From Amoebophrya sp. A120 (taxonomy: Eukaryota; Protista; Dinoflagellata): a stretch of 64,000 nucleotides of DNA. The stretch's first letter is position 1. Each line of letters begins with the position of its first letter. Under the pieces are notes generated by a model. It saw nothing but the letters and a program-made list of their open reading frames with translations. It had not been told where the DNA came from and did no database searches. Below are positions 35,637 through 48,500 of the stretch, piece by piece. The stretch lies in contig CAJINV010000014.1 of assembly GCA_905178155.1 (NCBI GenBank), positions 778,116-842,115 of the forward strand, written 5' to 3'. A program made the translations under genes and the position numbers.

Positions 35637-38600
35637 TCAAAACGTCACTTTGAGCCCCCCAGTATGTTCCCCCTGGCGAATCTTCGCCGCGCCTCCGACG
35701 GACGAAGCCAGCGCTGCGGACTCCGTCAAGCCGGCGTAGGTTTCCTGCACTATTTTCTGCAGCAAGTCCCGCTTATGAGAGTGCACAACTACTCCCCTTC
35801 CCCCTCATTACTTATTTGCCATGCAAAATCCCAAATCCAAGTGCGAGCTGCCCCGTCGAACTGTTTCTTTGCATGACAGATTCCGGTGGAAGCTCAGACA
35901 AAAGCAATACTACACTGGGTGCATGAACTTGCCATGCACAGGCTCCACCTGTGCTGGTGCTCCTATTGCTGTTGATGCCATACAAATTTGAGGGGGAAGG
36001 GAGCGAGTTGTACACCCTGATACCGCTCCTTCCACAAGTACAAGCCCGCGAACACCGCGCAAAGCCCGAGATGCGCCGCCATGGTGGTTTTCTCGGACTT
36101 GAAAACCTTTTTCGGTAGCAGGAAGTTGATTTTCTTTCCCCGATTCGCCGCATCAATGTCTTTTTGGTGTTCCCGGTCCTGCCGGATGCGCTTAGCAATC
36201 GAAGAAATGGTGTGGGACTTTTTCGGAATGTAAATGGGCTCAGAGTCGTTGGCCAGAACCTCGTGCACCTCGTCATTAAACTGGTACCTAGGTCAGGTCG
36301 GATATAAACAAAATCACAGCAGAGTCGCAGCCATGCGAGACAAATCCCGTTCCCAAGGTAGATCAGCATGCGAAATTCCATCTCTCATGCTGACGACATT
36401 TGTCATCCGCTCTCGTCTGGCACACAAGTTCATCATAGGCAAAGAATTTCTAGCAGACGTATACCTGATAAACAGCCCCAGCTCCACGGAATTTCGGAGG
36501 CTCAGTGGGATCGGATTGTAGAACCCGGGTATGAATTGCAAATATGTCTGGGTCTGGAAGAATGCAAGTTTGTCATGCAGCTTTTCCATGACCCACGAAC
36601 TCTGGAATGCAGGCCCTAGCGTGACAGATTCTACTGCGCAATCTCTATCGTGCCTATCCTGCGTGAGAAACTCCCTCCCGACTTGGTCAAAACTGGACGA
36701 CTTGTGGCAATCATGCAACACAGATTTTTGCACGATTCAGATTTAGCACGACAAGTTGCATTCTTCCAGACCCAGACATTTTTGCATTTGATACCGGGCA
36801 AATCCGACCGACTGGTGGAATCCCCGCCACTCATGATCAGCCGATGACTTTTGTAGTCCACTTGGCACTGGGTCGCTACCTGATAACAAAGTTGGAGATG
36901 ATTGTTTTTTTTTTTTGTGGATGCAGAAATGTTTACCCAAAAAAACAATTTATGGATTTTGTCATGCAGAAATTCCTAGAAAGCCAATAGTTTAGACTTA
37001 CTCGCACGTCCACATAGAGCCCGTCTTCGCCGACCCTGTTCGGAGAAGATCTTTCGTTGAAAGCGAGGTAGAATTTGCTGAGAATTGACATGTCGCCGTA
37101 CCTGTAGAGGAGAGAAGGAAGAAATTTGTGATGGGAGAAAAATCTACAGACAATAAGTCTAGGATGCCGCATGCGAAATGGGCGACATCATAAATCAATT
37201 ATCAATCGACCACAAAAACAGTACTTGTACATACCATGCGTCCATGATGATGACGCCCTTCGCCCGGGTTTCCCGCGTGACCACCTTCGTCAGATAGCTG
37301 CTCATCTGGTGCAAATCCTTCTCCGCCTGGGCGCGCTCCAAGTCTAGCAGGTAGCTTTCGTCGCATTCGGGAAACTCGGAGCTGCTCCCGAAGTTCCGCA
37401 TATCGTACAGAAACCTGGGATAGCATTATCTTTATTTTTAGATACGCCTAGCATTTCATCCTTGTCATGCTGCATCACGAGTAGAGATGAAAGAACCTGC
37501 TTTATGTACTGCACTGCCGAATGAGCTGTAAGAGGAACACTCTGTTTTGCATAGACAAAATTCATCTTCCTGTCATACTAGGTACCTTCTGCTTGGGTTG
37601 CTCAACGTCTTCCAGGCGTCCTGGACTTGGTAAAATTCGATGTTCACCTTGCCCTATGCAATGCAAACGTGTGTGTCTGGGTCTGGATTTGTAATGCTAA
37701 ACGCGAATGAATCCGCACGACGCTCCTGAGGTGGAAAACTTCTCATGCTGATGCTGTTTATATGCCGTACAATCCGCAATGTTGCAAGTATCAGCAACAC
37801 AAGTTATTTCCAGATCCAGACCGAGACCCAGCCATATTTGCATTTGATACGCCCCCACGCTTGGTCCTGCCCGAGCCGCGATTTCCGGTCATATCCCACA
37901 GAAAAAAGCTGGCAGGGCATGTTTGTAATGCAAAAATAAATACACAGAAAAATCTGTCATGGGAGGCCTCATAGTCATAGCAGGCTATGTAGGATACGCA
38001 ATGCAACTTTTGCTTTTCTTGTCTATTTATTTTTGCATTACAAATATGCCCTGCCAGCTTTTTTCTGTGGGATAGCTCACGTCGCATGAAAACGACTGGT
38101 CATCATCCTCATTTTCCGCGTCGAAAGACGATACAACTGACCCTTTGCTCGCGTTCTTGGTTTCTGTTCCTGCCGCACTAGAGGTTGCAGGCGCTCCTAC
38201 TGTAGGATCATGATCTACTTGACCAATACTTCTTCCGACGTTGTTCTTTTGGCTTGTCATTGTCTCCCCGCTGTCGACCATTTCTTTTTCTCCCCCTGCT
38301 GCTGGTGGCTTCTGTTTATTCGCAATCCGGCTCGTGGAACTGCAACTCCCGCCCTTTTGCTCCGAGCCAGTGATAGTAGGTGGAGCCACGACCTGTTCCG
38401 CCTCGCTCTCCGACGGCGGCGCTGTTGTGGTCTTCGAGCTGCGGTGGTCATTGGCAGTACAACCAGTGTGGTGGTCCTCCTTCGCGTGATTCTTCTTCTC
38501 TCGGTTTCCTGCAAGAACGTCAACATCCGTAGAACTGCTCGCCGGGGGCGCTTCTGCAGATGATCCAGCAGCCGCGCCAGCGCTTGATGAAGTAGAAGAA

Positions 38601-39343
38601 GATGAGCTGCTGGTCGTGCTGCCAGCACCGCCCGCTCCAGAAGCGGACGATCTTCTCGTTTTTTTCTCCTGACGCGCTTTCAGCTCCAAGTCTTTGTTGA
38701 TCAACGCCCGGTCGGTATAAGAAGGAAAAAGTTCGTCACGATCACTCAGGGGCATTTTTGCAATACAAAAAATGCCTGGCATGCGTAAAAATGCATCACA
38801 GCCAAACTTCATACGGGATTTCCCTTAGTGGTTCTGCAATACAAGGAAAAGTTGTGATGTTCAAAAAATTTGTAATGCAAAACCTCCAAGATAGTGACTG
38901 TGACAAACTTTTTTCTCTCCATAGTCGGGGTGCATCCGCAACGCCAGCCGCTTTATCAAATGCAAAAGTGTCTGGGTCTGGAAGATTCCGGGATTTGTGA
39001 TGCATATTTTGTATGATCCATGACGCATGTAATGCATGATCTAGCATCACAGATTTTTACAGGGCTTCCTGATGCCTATTCCGCATGAGAAATGCCCTCT
39101 CCGCGTAACACAAACTGAGCTCCTGTTGCTGGTCATGCAATACAGATTTTTTTGGAATCCAAAGACAGCATGACAAGTTGCAATCTTCCAGACCCAGACA
39201 TTTTTGCAATCCATACGCTTGTACGCATCCCGAATCTCCTCCAGTTTGGCGGTCGGGGTCACGCCCAGAATCTCGTAGTAGTTGATTCCCACGGACGAGG
39301 AAACCAGCGAAGGTTTGGTGGAACTGGAACCTGCACCCGACAT
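35637..39343 (-). CDS. DnaJ-domain protein with DUF3395-like C-terminus (DNAJC11-like)
   Basis: NYYEILGV...IRDAYKRLALRMHPD (rebuilt across two introners), FYQVQDAWKTLSNP, GVIIMDAWYG, DLPGFYNP, HEVLANDSEPIYIPKKSH. Confidence 0.8.
35774..36022. mobile_element. TIR introner, family I
   Basis: TATGAGAGTGCACAACTACTCCCCTTCCCC...GGGGAAGGGAGCGAGTTGTACACCCTGATA; DR CCGCT. Confidence 0.9.
36530..36793. mobile_element. TIR introner, family A
   Basis: Family-A TIRs (TATGAATTGCAAATATGTCTGGGTCTGGAAG); DR CCGGG. Confidence 0.95.
37655..37849. mobile_element. Degenerate TIR introner, family A
   Basis: TATGCAATGCAAAC...GTCTGGGTCTGG...CCCAGCCATATTTGCATTTGATA; DR TGCCC/CGCCC. Confidence 0.8.
37892..38074. 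mobile_element. TIR introner, family H (long ~55-bp TIRs)
   Basis: TATCCCACAGAAAAAAGCTGGCAGGGCATGTTTGTAATGCAAAAATAAAT with near-perfect reverse complement; DR GGTCA/GCTCA. Confidence 0.95.
38716..38923. mobile_element. TIR introner, family K
   Basis: TATAAGAAGGAAAAAGTTCGTCAC...GTGACAAACTTTTTTCTCTCCATA; DR GTCGG; immediately after the HPD codons. Confidence 0.85.
38954..39215. mobile_element. TIR introner, family A
   Basis: Family-A TIRs; DR CGCTT. Confidence 0.95.
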
Positions 39344-40658
39344 AGTTGATGCTGTCGTGGTACAACACTTTCTTATGTGGAATGGACTGTAACTAGTTAA
39401 AAATACCTTTACCCGTACGGTGCTTCTTGGCAGATGAGGTAGCGGCCTCTTCGAACTTCTTGTAATCTCAATGCAAAAGAGTCGTAAAACACGGCTCAGT
39501 GGCTATGCAACTCGAAAAATCTCGACTACCTAGTATATGCGAAACTACCTTTACATGATCAGTTGCAGCACCAGTGGAAATGCACAAGTTTATTTTTCGC
39601 AGCATGAAGTGGAAGATGAACAGATTGGACCACAATCGTTGACCAGATCCAATTCCAGAGGGAGAGTCCAGGTACACGTAGAAAATTAAAAATGGTAGTT
39701 TGTCGACAATTAACGGAAGAAAAGAGCTACATTCATATATCCAGCATGATGACCACCCACCCGGATGTTGATGCATGTTGAAAACTTTCCATGATTTCTT
39801 GCCCAAGCCAACTACTTGTTACACTTACACCCAACGCACGCGTCAGAACAGGTAGAAGATCTGACAGGAGCTACGCTTTCAGCAGGTCGTGCAGCTGCTA
39901 GCTAGTACGCGCACGGGAATTGTGGCCACGAACACCAAAAGCAAGTCCATCTTACTATCACAGACGCGCTTCAAAATACGCGCGAAGTTGTTTTTGAGTC
40001 TGATTCTACTTGAATTGAAATTATAATTAAGCGTAAATTTTTAATGCCATGCCAGCATTAGAAATTTTGATTTTCCTTTAGATTCGTTTTCGGATAGATT
40101 GTCGTAGTCGCTTTTGAGGTGTCTATGGCACGAACATGTGCATGACCATGGAAAGTCGCTTCATCATAATCATTTACCAGATCGCAAAGGACTCATTTCT
40201 GACTCTCGAGGCTGGCGGTAGAGCCGCATGCCGTAAAGTAAATGACCACGTCAAGTGCAGCGTTTACGTCTAGTGCTGTCGCTGGTCGTCTAATCAATCT
40301 TCTGTAAACCTCCGCTACGTAGCCCTTACGAAGCACTGCGCCCCGCGCTGCCCCAGAGTCAGAGTTCCAACCACACGAAGGTTTGTTTTTAAGTAGATAC
40401 AGATGGATAACACTTTACTATTCCTGCGAGGAGGATACTGTTGTGATTTTCGTCCTACTCCCTTCATGCAGCCGCGGTGGTGCTGCGCAAAAAACGTCGT
40501 ATCTCGGATCCCATCAGATAAATCTATGTGAAAAGTCCTTGAGTACCAAGTACATTTGTTGGAAAAGGAAAGAAGAAGATTTTGATTCAATGCCAAAGTA
40601 AGTCGTGAAGTATTAATACCATGATCGTAGGCACATAAAAAACTGCGCTAGAACAAAG

Positions 40659-43600
40659 CTACAAATCCGCCAGTGTGTCCGCCAACAGCGTGCCAAAGGC
40701 ATCCTGTTCCTTCTTCGCCGGTACCGCCATGGGAGCGGCCTTAACTGGTGCCGCTGCACCCGTCGAAGGCGTCGTGTTAACAACTGCACTACCGGAGTTC
40801 AAGAAACCGAACGCGCTCGCACCACCAGCCGGCCCCGCGGGGAATGTTGAAGATCCTCCACCGGTTGTGCCACCTCCATAACTGGGCACTGCGGGGGTTG
40901 CGTAAGTTGATGAACCCACGGCGTTCTGTTGTTCCAACACCGGTCCTAAGGACAGCAGATCGTCCGCGGCACTGGGTCTCGCGGGCGCGGCGCCGGTGGA
41001 TGAAGACATGTTAAAAAGTGCTGGCCCCCCTCCGCCGTTCGCTGTGCTGGACGTAGAAGAAGATGTCGCGGCTTTCACATTCAGATTCCCGAACAGCGAT
41101 TTTTTCGGTGGTGCACCAGCAGTGGTGGAAGAATCTGCTGAAGAAGGTGCTCCTGTGTAGTTGGTGGGACCACCGCTTGTAGTTTTCGGCGCTACAACAT
41201 CCAGGCCTAGCAAGTCGCCCCCAAGAAGGTCGCCGCCGCCGCCGCCGTTCGCTATCGGGGATGCTGAAGTGGTACTATTGTAGTTTGGAAGTAGCTGCGT
41301 TGGAGGTGTCGAACCTGTGGTCGCGCTTGTCGCGTCGAACAAAAGATCTACGCTGGAAGATGCGGGACCGGCACTGTGAGTAGTTCCACCTCCAGACGCT
41401 GGCGCAGCTATTGAGTTGTTTGGAGGACGAGGACCACCTCCACCGCCCATGTCGAGTAAGTCAATTTCCGGGGGTGGTCCCGTCGAGGCCGGCGAAGATT
41501 TGTCGCCGGTAGTGGTGCTCGCAGAAGCATTACCGAGCCCGAGTGCGGACAGGACCTGTATTTGGCGGGATTGTAGCTGTATTTTTCAATCGGGTTAAGA
41601 TCATAGCATCGATATTTTTCCATGTAAAAACTCTAACATGATTGAACATGTATGAAATTTGGTTTTGATCTTTAACCGTCAACATCTGCCGACCGTGGTA
41701 CAGCAACTCAAAAATCCTCCTGCCCGAGTTGTACGTACTATTATACCTTCCCCGCCTTCCCCCTGCACTGCGGTATGTCCAGACAGCTCTGCACCCACTG
41801 GCTGCAGCCCTGCTCCACTAAGTCGCCCGTGATGGCGTCCAGTTGCTTGTCACACAGCGCCTCGATCGCGTACAGCACCTTCGCCTTCTGCTGCCACGAT
41901 CCGGTTTGCAGGATCAACGCCAAGTTTTCCGCCAGCTTCGAGCTGTTCATATCAAAATGAAAAATCCCCCCCCATATCAACGCGAAGTTTCTGATGCTGG
42001 ATTTGCGCACACAAATCAGATTTGTCTTGCTGGAGAGGACTGCGGGCCTACACTAAGCCTGAGTAGGGAGGCTGAGTCGGGAGGTTTTGCGCTAGGCGCT
42101 GAGCATGTCAGACGTCTAGTCTGTGGGTCCAACAGCATCACAAACCGCCTGCAGAATGCGGCGGAGCCTGTGGAGTTGCGTTCTTGCAAGACAGCGACGA
42201 TTTGTGGTCACAAATCAGCATTAGAAATTTTCTGAGACGTACCTTTTCGACATTGGGAGGGGGGATTTTTCCTTTTGATAGTTCAGACTCTCGCACTTCT
42301 GCAGGAAGTCGTCCAACACTTCCGGCGCGGGGGCGACGCGCGCGCCGCCCGGCGCGCAGAGATGGTCGATCAGTTGCTTCTCGTAGACGCCCGTGCTCGA
42401 AGTGCTGCTGGAGGACGCCGCGTGTTGTTGTGATCCTGGCTGCAGCGGGGATTGGTAAGCGGTGTTCAGAGCGCCAGTTCCAAAAGCCCCCGGCGGTCCT
42501 CCCGCGGTAGAAGAGCTTGACGTAGCAGCACTGCTGCTGCCCCACGGCGCCGCCGAGCTCATCGCTGCGGTGGTGCCCTGGAAAGTGCTGGTCGGGTTTG
42601 TGTTTGGAGCGTGGTAGCCGCCAGAACTGGTTTCCTGTAGGTACCCGCCGCCGGGCTGGTAGCCGCCGCCGGGCTGGTAGCCGCTGTTATCTTGGTGGGT
42701 GAAGCCGCCGGAGGATGGGCCTGTGAAACAGAATCCGAGTGACGTGAAGGTAAAAACCTCAAGGCAGCAGCAAATTTTACGCGAAGATGTACTTCCAATT
42801 CCAATGATCATGGTGCGGGTGCGGCACGAAAGATCCAAATAAACCCAGGCATTAAGTTAGTACAGCTATACCCATTTTTTTCAGAACGCCCGCGGGGAGA
42901 TTTTCTTTGACCCTGTCGGGCAGATACTCAGAGGCCTTGAGCGCACCAAATTTCAAATACTCGACACCCGTCTCGACCCCGCGCTTTATCACTTCGTTTG
43001 CCTGGTGGTGTTTTTCGCGACAAAAAATCAATGCACGGTGGATCGAAATGAGGTGCTGGTTCAGAGTCTAACCCTGAAATCAACAGGAACAGCAGTAAAA
43101 CCAATGGCTTGAAAGGAGCTAGGTCATATAACTACATGCAAGCAGCCTCCAGTTGCTAAGCTAGATGTTTAGCACAAAGACAACCTTCTAGATGTTGACC
43201 ACTAGGTACCTTGTCTATCGTCGGGTTGCCCGTCTCCCCGACCCCGGCCATCATACCGCTACTACTGCTGCTCGCTCGGTTCTCGAAGGCCGGATTGCCG
43301 AAGCCCTCCATTTTCTTCGGACCCGGACCGCCGTAGGTCGGCCCGGCGTTGCTGTGGCTAGTAGTGCCCCCGTTGGGAAGTGGTCCTGCACCGCCTCCAT
43401 ACGCCGGCGGCGGGTGGTTTCCGTACGCGGGCGGGGGTGGGGGTTGAAAGGACCCAGCACTGGCGCTCCCGGGGGACGGCGGCTGGTGGGGCATGTTCGG
43501 AGAGTAAGCGCTTTCCGAACCAAATCCCTGCATCTTGGGCGCGTTCGGGGTCGGCTGCAGCTGGCCAAAGCTGTTTTTTCAAACATCATTCTTTTCCTCT

Positions 43601-44634
43601 TATTGGTAGAAGCCTGACGAATCCATCACGCACCTCATTGCAGCTGGCATAAAAGATAATATCGCGGTTTGCTTTACCCTGAAGGCATCTTCCACGCATG
43701 AAAATCCGACACAACTTGCACAAGGTGCTACAACAGCGATCCGTCTGCTCAAGAGAAATCAAAATCTAAATTATGAAGATCACTAGTTTATGCATTACGC
43801 GTTGGTTCCCGCTTCGCTGAATATTGCTTTTACAGCTAATTCCGCTTCGTCTCTGACCGCCTTGTTCGGGGCGTCGCCGCGCAAAGCGTCGGGCTTACCT
43901 GCAGGGAGAAAATCACTGTAGTTCAAACTGCATTGCATTTATCACACACATCAGTTGTGCCGTACAACGTAACGAGAATTGCTGTTGGGTAGGATGCATG
44001 ATCACAAAACTAAGTAGTACAATAACCTCCTCACACCAACTGTTACCCCCACAACCCTACAACTAGTGCTCCTACTCGATATTGCAGGCACTATACCTCG
44101 ATATTGCAGGCACTCTTTCACGTCGCGGCTGTGCCTCTGCATGTGTCGGCGGAAATCCGGCTTCCCGTTTTCAGACACGTGTCGAATGATCTTCAGACAC
44201 TTTTGCTTGATGAAGGGATTGTCCTTTTTCAGCTTGGACAGCAAGTACTCCCCCATCTGCTCACTGCAGTCGAAGCTGACGAAGGTCATCCTTGTATGCA
44301 TTGCAAACATGTCTCGGTCGTCTGGGAGATTGTCATGCTCGTCTGGCATGACAGTGAACACTGGCATGACTCTGAACTCTGTGCTGCGCGGCCTCTTGCC
44401 TTGCATGCACAAACGCAGTTTCTCATGCTGAGTGCGCAACTCAGAACCACGAGAAAACTTGTCATGCTTGGCAGCGCATTTTTACAGTGCGCTCGCTATT
44501 CCCTTCCTTGCATCACAAGTTTCCAGCCCCGGACAGATTTGCACTTGATACTTCGCCAGATCGGTCAATTCCACGCCCGTGACCGGCTGGTCCGGGTCCG
44601 GAAGCGTCGCTTTGTTGAGCACGGAACGGTCCAT
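40659..44634 (-). CDS. TEPSIN: AP-4 accessory protein tepsin (ENTH/VHS-like, MTV1-like)
   Basis: MDRSVLNKAT...EYLLSKLKKDNPFIKQKCLKIIRHV...YRG-KPDALRGDAPNKAVR; MEGFGN; second domain YEKQLIDHLCAPGGARVAP...WQQKAKVLYAIEAL; tail with DLL and SAFGFLN motifs. Confidence 0.85.
41950..42280. mobile_element. TIR introner, family C
   Basis: TATCAAAATGAAAAATCCCCC...GGGGGGATTTTTCCTTTTGATA; DR GTTCA. Confidence 0.95.
44295..44550. mobile_element. TIR introner, family A (diverged)
   Basis: TATGCATTGCAAACATGTCTCGG...GACAGATTTGCACTTGATA; DR CCTTG/CTTCG; homologous to 62518-62764. Confidence 0.85.
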
Positions 44635-45581
44635 TTTGTGTTTCGTGTACAAGAAAAGATGCTGAATTTATTACAACTGGAGCAGTTCGAAGGGAAGCAA
44701 TACAACTGTCGTGCTGCTTCACGACGTCGTCATGCAACCGTCCGCGTCTTGCTCTAGTTTTTTTATCACGTAGTTGTCATACATGCGCAAGAACCAACAT
44801 GATATGAGGGCGTCACTAGATGTGACGTGGACCTTCCCGACTTCATCCAGGAAAGCAAAACATTCTCAGTATATTACCGAGAATGGCATCATTAGCACTA
44901 CTCATCTTCTACCATCTCAATTTCTTTTTCTTCCGGCAATATGTGCCGTTAAATAAAAGGGCTGTACAACAGTAGTAAGGGAGTATCTATTTTTGACTTT
45001 AACGTCTGAGAATTTCAGTCTACCAAGCTGCGAAGAAAAAAAAATACGCGAAAGCGAAAGCAGCACCACACCCTGCAGATTGAAAACTATACCTTGAGAG
45101 TCAGAAGGACAAAGCCAAAACCAAGACGGGTGGGGCTCAAATCTGAACATTAATTCGTTGTGTCTACTTCTTGCTGTCTGTATCAATTCTAAGAGGAGCC
45201 AGGATCTTCACATTGCGATTTCGTTTACCTTCGACTTCGTTTGTACCTAGTAGAATTTGCATTTTCAGAAGGACCGGATCGACTGTCTTGCGCTTGTTTT
45301 TCAAAGATGAACACAACGAAAAGGTGTTATGGACATCAACACCGGCTCATCGAAGAAGCGTTCTGCTCCTGTAGTGATTCTACTTTCACGGTCGGATTTA
45401 TTTTATAGGCCCCCTCCTGGTCAGGAGTAGTTATTGTATGTAAGTATCCGTTTTCGTTTACAACAGTCGACTTCCAGTCTTCCTCTTCTTTTTTATGTTC
45501 GACGCCAGCAAGATTCCTGCAAACCATGTTCTTTGCATTTGCTGGGGCTGACGCTGATACAATGCGATTTGCCTCGCTCCC

Positions 45582-48500
45582 TCATTCCGGTGGCAACAGC
45601 GTCTCGGCTGCGCCAGCTTGTTGGTCCACCTTTTGCCGCTTTGCGCTCGGTTCAACATCGCGTTCGGCGTCTTCGTCTGCGTTGATACTAGCACTGCCGG
45701 TAGGTGCGGCCTGATTGCTCGGCTCCTCCTTGATGTCCTCGGGAGCATTATCTCTGTCTCCATCGAGATTCATCAGTTTGTCGTAGTATTTATTTCTCCG
45801 CTCCGTCAACCAGGTTGAGTCTCCGATTTCGCACAACAACAGCGTTTTTCCTACGACGATCACGCTCCCGTCCCGCAGTGGCATGGGGCCGTCGTAGCTT
45901 ATAACCCGCTCAGGTGTTACAATCTCAAACGTTACAATAGAATCTGAGATTTGTGTTGCATGATGAGCATGACAGACTCGCAGAGCGTTCCACTTTTTGC
46001 AATACAAATTTCGCCAGATTGTAGTGCGGTTTGGAGCTCCGGAACTTGTCATGCGCAATCCTATAAGAATTGGCTAGGTGATGCGGTCTTGCATCACAGC
46101 TTTCCCTATTCTATTGTAACGTTTGAGATTGTAACGTTTGAGCAGGCCATATAGCTGGCGCGCACTTTCTCCCCGTCGACCAGGATGCCGATTATGCATT
46201 GCAAATATGTCTGGGTCTGGAAGCTTGCAACTTGTGATGCTGTCTGTGGATTCTATAAAAAATCCGTATTGCGTGACCAGTAAGAGGAGTCCAGTTTGTG
46301 CTCCCCGGGAAAGGCATTTCTCATGCGGCATGGGCATCAGAATGCCCTCTCAAAATCTGTGATGCTAGGCGATGCATTACAGGCATCATGGGCCATGCAA
46401 AATATGCATGACAAGCCTCGCACCCTTCCAGACCCAGACATATTTGCAATGCATACCGATGCGGTCTTCACAACTCGTCACGTGCCAGTACCCAAACATG
46501 TCGTGGATCCGGCAGTGGAAATCCTGCACGTCACCGTACAACTGGCGATATCCTGAGTAAAAACGTACCCACACCAGAGTTGTAATGCAGATTTGCAAAG
46601 ACAGGAAGACTTGTAATGCGCATCCCCATGAGAGCCATTTCCAATCGTGTTTTGGAATTTGTGATGCTGTGAACAGGATGAGCAGATGAATCTGTGATAC
46701 GGCTGCACTTGCTAACCTGCACTACGCTGCAGAGTGCAACTTGTCATGCGTGACTCACAAAACTCCTAGCTTTGTGTTGCAAAATCCCCATCCTGACTCT
46801 GGTGTGGGTACGTTTTTACTCAGGATAGTCGATTTCCCGTGTTCCCGCTGTCGCTGCTATTCGCGTCCGGAATCGCCAGCATGCGCGGCTCTTGGTTTGC
46901 CTCGTCATCGTCATCCTCTGCGGGCGAGGGGGAATCTGGTGCAGGGGATTGATGCTCTGCACCGGTTGGCTTATTGTTCTCATCGGTCCCGTCTTTATTA
47001 GTGTCCGCTTTGTCCATCTCTTTCCGTCTTCTCCTCTCCGCCTGTTTCTCCTCCTGCCTCCGCAAGATCCCGCTTGCCGCGCCGACTTCGAGTTCGTTAT
47101 CGATCCCCTGGCGCAGCACCCGGGTCTCGCACACGTCGTCCATGTCGCCGTTGCTAATACAGGCTTCCAACCGCCATTTCTGCGGGTAGGCGGACAACCG
47201 CGAGACGAATTTCGGGAACACCTTATCCGCCTTGGAATTCGCCGCGGGAAGCTTGAACTTCTCAACCACGTAGCGCTGCAGCTGCGCGTCCATCTTCAGC
47301 AGCCGCCGGGTGGATTCCAGCGGAAGTTTGTGCTTCTTCGTGAACAGGGCGACCTGGTGCGCCAGTTCTGCGATGTTCTCGTCGATGTCCTCGTTGTTGT
47401 TCTGCTGCAGCTCGTCCATGTTCTGCATCTTCTCAATCGCCGTGTCGTCGTACTCGTCGGGGATAAATTCCTCCTCGTCTTTGCTCGACAAAGTCGGCCG
47501 AATCGGCTCGTCCAGCTCCGTGCCGCCGGACGCCTTCAATCTGTAGTTGTAACGCGGAATTCGAGTCTCATCTTGTTTCATCTCGTCAATTCTCCTTTTA
47601 CATTGTACAACACTTGCAGAATCAGAATCGCAATCGCATGCTTCTATCAATCTTGAAATAAAGTTTGACTGCGAAGCCTTGTCTGTATGTTTCATCGCAC
47701 AACATGCACCCTGTCAGAAGAAGTAGTTTCAACATTTCTTCAGTATTAGTACCTCTCCATGTGCGTTTCCTGCTGCTGTTTCCGCCATTTTTTCGTATCG
47801 AAGCCCTTCCCCCCGGCCGCCACCAGGCCCTGCTCCAGGGCGTTGCCAAACTCCGTGATTTGTCGGGGCGTGCCCGCCACCTCGACTTGTCGTCCGTACT
47901 TGCCGCTTTTCTCTCCGAAGGTCGCGGACCCGCAGTTGGACTGCTTTCGCATCTGCTCGATCACATCGTCCGAGTGAAAAACCCTGTTGAAGAGTTTCTC
48001 CGGAATCTCATACACCCGGGTCTGCCGCGAAATCGTGGTCGTCACTTCCGGCGGAATCACCGTAATCCACAGGTCGGGGCCGCCTGCGATATAGAATTTC
48101 AAATATTCAGATTCAGTACCGAATTTCATTTTATTTGCGATTTTTATACTAGCACAACGTACGGAAAAAAGATGAAAGCGATCGATCTCCACTAACCCAG
48201 AATGATTTGTATTGATGACTAGTATTAAAGTAGTACTAGGTAGCAGGCAAAAACCGATTCCGATCAAAAACACAGTTATAATGTAAGTACCCGTGGCCTG
48301 TTTCGGGCCGGTGGCGTTTTGTTTCGCTAAATTTGGGTTCCACACGACGTTCCCTCGATTTGTCGTGTCGATTTGTGCGTGGTGTAGGAATTCCATATCG
48401 GAGAAATTGGACCGCCACCGGTACATGGCCCAGTCGTCGGAGTTCCAACAGTATAGCTTTTTGTCCGTATGGATGTGTCAGAGTTGAAATCGACAAAGTT

